From: an uncultured delta proteobacterium
Lineage (GTDB): Bacteria; Myxococcota_A; Polyangia; Polyangiales; Polyangiaceae
DNA length: 64,000 nt
NCBI GenBank assembly: GCA_963850305.1
Contig: CAWKKR010000011.1
Coordinates: 320,001-384,000, forward strand
Reading direction: 5' to 3'
Shown piece after piece: positions 49,550 to 56,967 of the stretch (the first letter of the stretch is position 1; the number at the start of each line of letters is the position of its first letter). A program made the translations under genes and the position numbers. The notes below the pieces were generated by a model that searched no databases, had not been told where the DNA came from, and saw only the letters and a program-made list of their open reading frames with translations.

Positions 49550-50739
49550 CAGTTGACCTTTCCGTTCACTCCTTCGACGAGGTAATTCATGCTCTCGAGC
49601 GTGATGTCGCGCTGCGCGAGCTGGGTCCCCGCCGGGACGACCATCTTGCCCGTGTTGTCCTTGATCGGCCCGGTATAGATCACGAGCGATCCGTCGGTGA
49701 GCTTGGCTTTCGCCTCTTCGGCCTTCTTCTTCGCTTCATCGGATACCGCTGCGCCGAAGGGCGACATCTTGATGAAGTTCTCCTTGAAGCCGCCGCGCAC
49801 GAGATGCTCCCACTTCTTCCCCTTCGCGATTTCGCCCTTCTTGATCTCGTCGATGTACTGCGTGTAGACGGTCGCCCAGTTCCACTCGGCCCCGGTCAGA
49901 TAACCCTTGGGCGCGAGCGCCGCCTGGTTCACGTGATAGCCGGTGCTGAAGATTCCGCGCTTTTCGGCCGTCTCGATCACGACCTTCGGCGAGTCGACGT
50001 GGGCCGTGAGCACGTCCACCCCTTGATCGATGAGGCTGTTCGCGGCTTCGGCTTCCTTGACGGGCATCGACCAGTCGCCGGTGAAGATGACGGTCGTCGT
50101 GACCGCCGGATTCACGGAGCGCGCCCCGAGCTCATAAGAATTGATGTTGCGGAGAACCTGCGGAATCGGCTTGGCGGCGATGAACCCGAGCTTCTTCGTC
50201 TTCGTGGTGAGGCCAGCGGTGATGCCGGCGACGTACTCCGCCTCGTCGATGTAACCGAAGTAACTGCCGACGTTCTCCGGGTCCTTGCCTTCCTTGTAAA
50301 GGCCGCCGCAGTGCAGGAAGATGACGTCCGGATATTTCACGGCCATCTTGAGAATGTGCGGGTCGAAGTACCCGAAGGACGTCGGGAAGAGCACCTTCGC
50401 ACCGTCGAGGTTGATCATGCTCTCCATCGTCTTCTGGACGGCGATGGTCTCCGGCACGTTCTCCTCTTCCCTGATCTTCACGCCCGGCAGCGCCGCAACG
50501 GCCTTCGCGCCCTCCGCGTGAGATTGGTTGTAGCCGTAGTCGTCCTTCGGCCCGACATAGATGAACCCGACGGTGAGCGCGGTCGGCGCCGGGGCCGCCG
50601 CGACGGCGGTGCTGCCGGAGGCCTCGGGCGGCGGGGAGGATGCCGTCGCCTTGTCGCAACCGGTGGCGGCAATCAGAAGGAGCACGGGCAGGAGTGAGAG
50701 GGTCGATTGGCGGGTGTCGGCAAGGTCTCGGGTTCGCAT
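49549..50739 (-). CDS. BMP-family ABC substrate-binding lipoprotein
   Basis: Lipobox ATGC, 'GFIYVGPKDDYGYNQSH', 'TSFGY', 'MNYLVEGV'; start uncertain. Confidence 0.88.
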   Translation of the reverse strand: MRTRDLADTRQSTLSLLPVLLLIAATGCDKATASSPPPEASGSTAVAAAPAPTALTVGFIYVGPKDDYGYNQSHAEGAKAVAALPGVKIREEENVPETIAVQKTMESMINLDGAKVLFPTSFGYFDPHILKMAVKYPDVIFLHCGGLYKEGKDPENVGSYFGYIDEAEYVAGITAGLTTKTKKLGFIAAKPIPQVLRNINSYELGARSVNPAVTTTVIFTGDWSMPVKEAEAANSLIDQGVDVLTAHVDSPKVVIETAEKRGIFSTGYHVNQAALAPKGYLTGAEWNWATVYTQYIDEIKKGEIAKGKKWEHLVRGGFKENFIKMSPFGAAVSDEAKKKAEEAKAKLTDGSLVIYTGPIKDNTGKMVVPAGTQLAQRDITLESMNYLVEGVNGKVN

Positions 50740-50975
50740 GGGCGTGTGATACGGGTGCACGCGTTTCCGAAACCTTTCGACGATGAGTCGACACGAAAGA
50801 AGTCGGGGCGTCCTTCGCGCATCGTGGGCAGCCGATTCTGCGAGCGGGCGCAATGATTTTTCGTTTCGAATCGTGTCGGACATCCTCCGTTAACAAGGTG
50901 CGTCCGATGGTCGCGCTCACAAGCCGCGTGCCCCACGCGGCCCCTCGCGCGCCTGCTTTTCAAACGGGAGTGGTC

Positions 50976-52283
50976 ATGAACATCAGAAAGAACACCTTGT
51001 CATCGTTCGTCCCGCGCTTCGCGGTCGGTTCCTTGGTCGCCCTGGCTTCCGGAACCGCGTGGGCCCAGGCGGCCGCTCCTGCTGCCACCCCGGCGGCACC
51101 CGCGGCGGCACCCGCGGCTGCGGAACCAACGCCCGCGGCTGCGGAACCAATGCCTGCGCCTTCAGCCGCAGCCCCCGCCGCGACACCACCGCCTGCGGTG
51201 CCCCCCGCCGCGGCACCGGCACCTGCCGACACGACGCCCGCGCCCGCTCCGGCGGCACCGCCGGCGGAGGAGAAACTGCCGTCGATCGACGTTGGCGCGT
51301 GGCTCCGTGTCGGCGCGCAGATCCAGGGCACTGACCCGAAGAAGCTCGACGATCAGCACTTCGACACCGTCTACGGCGAGCTCCACGCAGCCGGCAAGGT
51401 GCACAAGAACGTATCCTATGCCCTGAACATAAATGTGAACGGCCTGGCGCAGGCCGCCGCCGTCGAGGACGCCTATATCGGGTTCGATTTCCAGGATGAG
51501 TTGCATCTCTGGGCCGGCCAGTTGCTGGTCCCGGTGGATCGCTCGAACTTCAGCGGACCGTTCTTCATGAGCCCCTGGGCTTATCCAGGCTTCCTGACGG
51601 TCGGCGGAACCACTGTCGTCGGGGCTCCCGACGAAGGACCGTACGGACGCAACGTCGGCGGCGTGCTGTGGGGGGACTTCGGCCAGGGCCTCTTCAAGTA
51701 CTACGCGAGCATGATGAACCTGGCGAACACCGCCGATCACCCGCTGTTCTCGGGTCGCCTGGCCTTCTCGCCCGTCGGCAAGGAGCCCGGCTACTATGGC
51801 AGCAGCACCTATTATGGCACGAAGGACGTGTTCGGCATCGGCCTGGGCGCGCAGTACGAGAAGGACGGCGCGGACGTCAAGGACGCAACCGGCGCGGTCA
51901 CGAGCGAGAGCAGCTACTCGGACATCAACGGCGACGTCCTTGCGGAATTCAATGTTGGAGCGGGCGTGCTGACGGGCGAAGGCGCCTTCTATCACTTCGC
52001 GGGCGACGGAGTTTCGGTAGCGAACTCGTACTACATCCTCGCGAGCTTCCTGACTCCCGTGGTCGGAATCGGGAATCTGCAGCCCCTCGTTCGGTACCAG
52101 GGAGCCTCCAAGGACGACGACAAGGCGTGGTCCGTCGATGCTCAGCTCGCCTACGTCATCAAGGGACCCAATCTACGCGCGCTCGTCGGCTTTCAGCACA
52201 CCGACGTCGGCAACTACGCCGCTGCAGGAGGCCCGAAGGCGGGCAACCTGATCCAGATCGGCTTCCAGACGATCCAGTTCTGA
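50976..52283 (+). CDS. Outer-membrane porin (OprO/P- or FmdC-like) with Pro/Ala-rich linker
   Basis: Signal peptide (AWA-Q), 'DAYIGF', 'WAGQLLVP.DRSNFSGPF', terminal Phe; divergent from the ABC operon. Confidence 0.75.
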   Translation: MNIRKNTLSSFVPRFAVGSLVALASGTAWAQAAAPAATPAAPAAAPAAAEPTPAAAEPMPAPSAAAPAATPPPAVPPAAAPAPADTTPAPAPAAPPAEEKLPSIDVGAWLRVGAQIQGTDPKKLDDQHFDTVYGELHAAGKVHKNVSYALNINVNGLAQAAAVEDAYIGFDFQDELHLWAGQLLVPVDRSNFSGPFFMSPWAYPGFLTVGGTTVVGAPDEGPYGRNVGGVLWGDFGQGLFKYYASMMNLANTADHPLFSGRLAFSPVGKEPGYYGSSTYYGTKDVFGIGLGAQYEKDGADVKDATGAVTSESSYSDINGDVLAEFNVGAGVLTGEGAFYHFAGDGVSVANSYYILASFLTPVVGIGNLQPLVRYQGASKDDDKAWSVDAQLAYVIKGPNLRALVGFQHTDVGNYAAAGGPKAGNLIQIGFQTIQF

Positions 52284-52320
52284 GCTGACCTCGTCCCCGT
52301 CCGCACGCCTCGAGCAAGGC

Positions 52321-52354
52321 GCCGCGGAGGGCCTCGGGTGAAGCCCTCCGCGGC
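52321..52354. terminator. GC-rich hairpin between convergent genes
   Basis: 12-bp inverted repeat GCCGCGGAGGGC / GCCCTCCGCGGC. Confidence 0.6.
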
Positions 52355-52368
52355 CTCGGTCACCGCAT

Positions 52369-52947
52369 TCAATGCGTCGTACCGTTCACGAGCGCGGTCG
52401 TGGGCACCGCGCCGTTCGCCCCCGCGTCAGCGGCGGGAGGCGAGTTCGCGGCCGGCGCGGTCGTGACGGGCGACGCCGCCGCCGGCGCGTTCGCCGGCGG
52501 AACCGTTGCTACCACTCCGTGAATGCCGGCCTTCTGCCGCTTGCCCATCGTATGACGGGCTGCCCTGGTCGCAAGCGCCTTCTCCGCGCCCTCGGTCTTC
52601 GACTCCAGGGTGCGCTGAGCCACCTTCTTCGGCGTGAAGCCGAAGGAGGCGAACTCCGGACTGTTCTCACCGAACAGCAGCGCCGCATAGCTCCGGACGC
52701 ACGTGATCACCGTACTCGTCTGAGCACGCTGCGATTGGTCGAGGTCGTGGAGCTGCGAAACCTTCGCACGCGCCGCGGCGACCGACGTCATCGTGTCCAC
52801 GTGTGCCTGGATCTGTGCTTGCACGTCCTTGCTGGCCACGAGTTTCCCCGAGACCGGCAAGCTTGCATCGGGCGTGAGCTTGGCCAGTGCCGAGATCACG
52901 CTCTGCTCCAGGTTCATGATGACTGTTTTGTTTGCATTCGAGAACAT
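52369..52947 (-). CDS. Hypothetical helical protein with basic motif ATRAARHTMGKRQK and Pro/Ala tail
   Basis: ATG after AAAGGAAAG RBS; 192 aa; no signal peptide; preceded by an AT-rich leader. Confidence 0.8.
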   Translation of the reverse strand: MFSNANKTVIMNLEQSVISALAKLTPDASLPVSGKLVASKDVQAQIQAHVDTMTSVAAARAKVSQLHDLDQSQRAQTSTVITCVRSYAALLFGENSPEFASFGFTPKKVAQRTLESKTEGAEKALATRAARHTMGKRQKAGIHGVVATVPPANAPAAASPVTTAPAANSPPAADAGANGAVPTTALVNGTTH

Positions 52948-53031
52948 GACTACTTTCCTTTTTGGGTTGCGCCGTCCGACATGAACGTCGCACTCCAGGT
53001 ACCAACCAACGGCGACAATGGATTCTTCCAA

Positions 53032-53037
53032 ATTATA
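53032..53037 (-). promoter_or_regulatory. Putative -10 box (TATAAT) for the 52947 gene
   Basis: Perfect TATAAT in an AT-rich patch ~85 nt upstream of the start; -35 match is poor. Confidence 0.35.
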
Positions 53038-53330
53038 TTTTTCTGCAATTCGGCCCGCCATTCGAGTCGACGCTCACTCGATCCGCGGCCCACTCCGTGC
53101 ATCACGCGCGAGGCGCACTCGTACATCTGCAGCGAGTTTTCAGCCGCCACGCGCACGCACGGTCGCAGCGAACAAGCGCGATAGCGAGGCCTGCAGCGCG
53201 ATCATCGGAACGCGCGTCGCGATCCGGAGCTCGTGCACGTGCACCGCGACATTGGGATCATGGTGTGGCACCCAATTCACAGGGTGTAGCAAATGAGATA
53301 CACAGCGTCGTAATGGCCGTCACGACGCTC

Positions 53331-53652
53331 GTGACGTGCCTCTCGACGCCGACGGACGCGCCCTCGCGCCGCGTGACGTGCTTCTCGACGCTCGTGACGT
53401 GCTTCTCGACGCTCGTGACGTGCTTCTCGACGCTCGTGACGTGCTTCTCGACGCTCGTGACGTGCTTCTCGACGCTCGTGACGTGCTTCTCGACGCTCGT
53501 GACGTGCTTCTCGACGCTCGTGACGTGCTTCTCGACGCTCGTGACGTGCTTCTCGACGCTCGTGACGTGCTTCTCGACGCTCGTGACGTGCTTCTCGACG
53601 CCGACGGACGCGCCCTCGCGCCGCGTGATGCGCCTCTCGACGCCGACGGACG
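53331..53652. repeat. 21-bp tandem array GTGACGTGCTTCTCGACGCTC x10, bracketed by related 42-bp units
   Basis: Ten identical units 53373-53582; 42-bp variant units at 53331-53372 and 53583-53624; degenerate partial at 53625. Confidence 0.95.
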
Positions 53653-53761
53653 GGAGCGCCGGGAGTCGCTCGACGGACTTCTTGGTCGTGGCCGCCTCGG
53701 CCCAGCGGATCGGACCGCCGCAGCGCGGGCGCTCGCCGCGCTTTGGTGTATGATTATTGGC

Positions 53762-54522
53762 ATGCGCTCGAGGATATGGCTGGTGTACAGCCTACTTGGT
53801 GGGGTGGTGTTCGCCTGCGGCGGTAGCACGTCCGGGGGTACCGGCGACTCCACGTCGGACGGTGGAGCGACGGGGACCGGCGGCACCGCAGGCAATAGCG
53901 GGACATCCGACGGTGGCGCGACTGACACGCCCGGTGGGGCCGGTGGCACCGCAGGAGGGACCGGAGGTTCCCCGTGCGATTCGCTGCTCCCGGATTGCCA
54001 GCCAGGCTCGCCGCCCCCGCCCGGAGCGTCCCTCTGCGGCGGCGTGCAGTGCACTGCCAGCGAGCAATGCTGTCTCCTCACGCTGAAGTGCTTCGACCCC
54101 GCGGATCCTTCCGCGTGCCCCGCCCCGCCGCCCGAGGCGCGTGCGGCTCCACCGTGCAGCTCGGGCTCGGGGGCTCGAGCGCCGGCATCGCGGTCACGCT
54201 GTGCGGTAGCGACTCGCAGTGCCCCTCGGGGCAGCACTGTTGCGGCATCACCGGCACTTGCTTCGACGCGGCCCACGCCGCACTTTGCGTCTTGCCTCCG
54301 CCGGGCACCTCGCGCGCGTGCCTCACGGACGCCGATTGCCCCTTCGAGGGCGACTACTGCAGCGGCGATGGCTGCGACAGTCCGGGTGGCTGCAAGGCGG
54401 CGACCGGATCGTGCGGGCCGCTGCTCGCGCCGGTGTGCGGCTGCGATGGACAGGCGTACGTCAACGCTCAGTGCGCCGATAGCGTCGGCATGCGCGTCGC
54501 GTCGACCGGCGCATGTCCCTGA
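53762..54522 (+). CDS. Cys-rich lipoprotein with C-terminal Kazal-like motif; frameshift near 54130
   Basis: Lipobox VFAC, Gly/Thr linker, Cys-rich modules; 'PVCGCDGQAYVNAQCA' in the second frame. Confidence 0.7.
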
Positions 54523-54623
54523 CGGCCAGCGCGGCGCGTCCCAGGCCGGCACCTCGACCGGCACCGCGCACGGATAACGGTGCGCGGCGAGCGTGCGCTC
54601 GCTACTGCCGGAAGAGGCGGACG

Positions 54624-55544
54624 TCACGCCGGCACTGGACCGAACTTGCCACTTTCCACGTCGTAGATCGCCTGCTGGATCTCCTGGACCGTGTTCATCA
54701 CGAAGGGCCCGTGCTGCACGATCGGTTCGTGGATTGGCTCTCCGGAGAGGAGGATGACGTGGGCGTCCTCCGCCGCGGTCAAGGTTAGGCTTTCGCCGTC
54801 GTTCGCGAACAAGACCAGCTCGCCGGCACCCGCGCTCGTCTTCCCCGCAGTGACGCGGCCTTCGGCGACGACGGCGAGCGCGTTGTAGGTTGCGGGCAAC
54901 GGGACCGTCAGATCCTCACCCGCGCGGAGGCGCAGATCGAGCATGGTGATCGGCGTGAAGGTGCGAGCTGGGCCGCGCGCGCCGTCGAACTCACCGGCGA
55001 TCACGCGGACCATTCCGCCGCCTTTCAGTGCCATGCGGGGGAACTGAGCGGCCTTCAGCGGCTGATACCCGGGTGGTACGGTCTTGTCCTTCTTCGGCAA
55101 GTTCACCCAGAGCTGCATCATGTGGAGGCGACCGCCGCGTCGCGTGAGCGATTCCTCGTGATATTCCTCGTGGAAGATCCCCGACGCTGCCGTCATCCAC
55201 TGCGCGTCGCCTGGGCCGATCACGTCCGCGTGCCCTGCGTTGTCACGGTGCGCGACCGCACCTTCCCACGCGAGCGTCACGGTCTCGAAGCCGCGATGCG
55301 GGTGCCATCCGACGCCACGCTTGCCGCGCGCGAGCGGCTGGAAGTCCTTGGCCGGACCGTAGTCCATCAGTACGAACGGGCTCACGCGCTCTGCCGGGAG
55401 CCTCGCGCTCGGGAAGTAGGTGGAAACGAAGAATCCATTGCCCACCCAGTGGAAGCCAGTGCTGCGATGGACTCCCTCGACGCTGCGCGTGGACGGCGTC
55501 GCGCTGCCCGTAACCGGTCGTTCGACCGTGGTCGTTTGGTTCAT
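54624..55544 (-). CDS. Pirin family protein
   Basis: 'HPHRGFETVT', 'QWMTAASGIFHEE', 'QLWVNLP', 'GPFVMNT'. Confidence 0.92.
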   Translation of the reverse strand: MNQTTTVERPVTGSATPSTRSVEGVHRSTGFHWVGNGFFVSTYFPSARLPAERVSPFVLMDYGPAKDFQPLARGKRGVGWHPHRGFETVTLAWEGAVAHRDNAGHADVIGPGDAQWMTAASGIFHEEYHEESLTRRGGRLHMMQLWVNLPKKDKTVPPGYQPLKAAQFPRMALKGGGMVRVIAGEFDGARGPARTFTPITMLDLRLRAGEDLTVPLPATYNALAVVAEGRVTAGKTSAGAGELVLFANDGESLTLTAAEDAHVILLSGEPIHEPIVQHGPFVMNTVQEIQQAIYDVESGKFGPVPA

Positions 55545-55631
55545 GAGAGGCAATCTAACCGCTACCCCCGCGCTAGCAACAGGCCCCCGGATGATGGGCC
55601 GCATCACTTCCTGTGACGTCGTTCACGGCTC

Positions 55632-56417
55632 TCACTTCACTCGCCGCAAATGGATCGCGACCGGTGACGCGATCGACAAGCCGATGCCCAGGAACTGCCC
55701 GTCCATTTCGGCGCCGTGCACGACGAAGTCGAGTTCTCGGTGGTAGCTGAGGTCCGGATGGCAGCCCGTTGAATCGCAGACGGTGCAAACCGCCGAGCAG
55801 ATACTGAAAGGTGCCGCGTGGGGCGTGCAGCCCTCGCAAACCGGCGTGAAGACCTCCCCCGGCGCAAAAGAGAGCGTCAGATAGTCCCCCGAGAGCACTG
55901 GCCCGATGAGGGTGTACTCGAAGCCACTCACGGGGAACGTAGCCAACGCGGCGAACGTAGGCTGGCCGGCGGTGAGCGGGTCGGTGCTGCCCATACCGAT
56001 GGTGATCGAACCGCTCAACGTCGACGTTTGATCACGGAGTATCAGGACAACGCGCTCAGGGAGCCCGCTTCCGCCGTCGACGAGGTATTCCTCCGGGTAC
56101 GTGACAGGTTGCTGGGTCTGACCGAGCCAAACCTGCGTCGCGCTCTCGAGCCCTTCGAGACCGCCGTCAGCGCCCGCCGCATCGGGCGTGGTGCTGCCGT
56201 CGAGGCCGGAGCTGTGTGGGGAGCCGTCAGCGCCGAAACTGCCGGAGTCGCCCCCGACGCTCGGCGAGGCGTCGGCGCCCGAACCCGACGCACCGACGAC
56301 GTGGATGGTGTGTCCCGACAAGTTACCGTCACCGTTCGAAGTTCTACCGCCGCAGGCGACGGAAAGAAGGAGCGGCGCGCTGCTCAGCGCACCAAGAAGT
56401 CGTCGTCCGCCGGTCAT
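55632..56417 (-). CDS. Hypothetical lipoprotein with a Cys-rich insert
   Basis: GAGGG RBS, lipobox SVAC, Gly/Ser/Asp linker, CEGC/CSAVC/CDSTGC. Confidence 0.65.
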   Translation of the reverse strand: MTGGRRLLGALSSAPLLLSVACGGRTSNGDGNLSGHTIHVVGASGSGADASPSVGGDSGSFGADGSPHSSGLDGSTTPDAAGADGGLEGLESATQVWLGQTQQPVTYPEEYLVDGGSGLPERVVLILRDQTSTLSGSITIGMGSTDPLTAGQPTFAALATFPVSGFEYTLIGPVLSGDYLTLSFAPGEVFTPVCEGCTPHAAPFSICSAVCTVCDSTGCHPDLSYHRELDFVVHGAEMDGQFLGIGLSIASPVAIHLRRVK

Positions 56418-56509
56418 GGCCCCACCCTCTTCAGGGTTCGCGAGGGTGCATCGCCAGCGGGGGTCGTCACACGCCCCGCGTCGATCGCGAACGGGCGTCT
56501 CTGCGCCCC

Positions 56510-56666
56510 GCCCCTTGCTCCGGTGTGCCGGCCGCCTGCGCTTCGTTGCGCTCATCCTCGACGAGCAGGTCGCCCGCAAGATCCTCGACAGCCTCGGCTT
56601 GCCGTCGCGGGCACCCCCGGTGACTGACCTGTCGCGGTATCTGCTCGTAGGCGCTTGGAACTTTCT
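56510..56666 (+). mobile_element. Remnant of an IS91/ISCR-family transposase C-terminus with a possible degenerate oriIS
   Basis: 'RCAGRLRFVALILDEQVARKILDSLGLPSRAPP' resembles the IS91-type C-terminal CGGxMxxIAxIxDxxVxxKILxHLGL motif; GCGCTTGGAACTTTCT at 56651 resembles ISCR oriIS. Confidence 0.55.
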
Positions 56667-56678
56667 CCGCGCGATGAA

Positions 56679-56967
56679 GCCCGTGCTCGAAGCGACCCTC
56701 ACGCCGTCCACGGAACGTCGTTCAATCGCGAAGACCGCGGGTCTGGCTCGGCGGGTGAGGCCCGGAAGCGTACGCTAGTACGCTGAGGACCGAGAGCGCC
56801 GAGACAGGCCCGTGCTCGAAGCGACCCTCACGCCGTCCACGGAACGTCGTTCGATCGCGAAGACCGCGGGTCTGGCTCGGCGGGTGAGGCCCGGAAGCGT
56901 ACGCTAGTACGCTGAGGACCGAGAGCGCCGAGACAGGCCCGTGCTCGAAGCGAGCGAACGACGTTCC
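56679..56967 (+). repeat. 129-bp direct duplication carrying copies 2 and 3 of the structured palindromic element
   Basis: Units start 56679, 56808 and a partial at 56937; one mismatch between units; last copy closed by a 13-bp inverted repeat (56841-56853 / 56955-56967). Confidence 0.92.

Noticed and set aside
50740..50975. Guanidine or other riboswitch upstream of the ABC/biuH operon
   Set aside because: Only short generic hairpins; no guanidine-I/II/III consensus recognised
53045..53061. Sigma54 promoter TGGCGGGCCGAATTGCA (minus strand)
   Set aside because: GG-GC spacing is 11 rather than the required 10
53331..53652. CRISPR array
   Set aside because: Units are contiguous and identical with no unique spacers; no cas genes in the window
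52962..53753. ORF encoding (VTCFSTL)n as a RiPP precursor or real protein
   Set aside because: No clear RBS or leader and no modifying enzymes nearby; several frames are equally open, as expected for a 21-bp repeat
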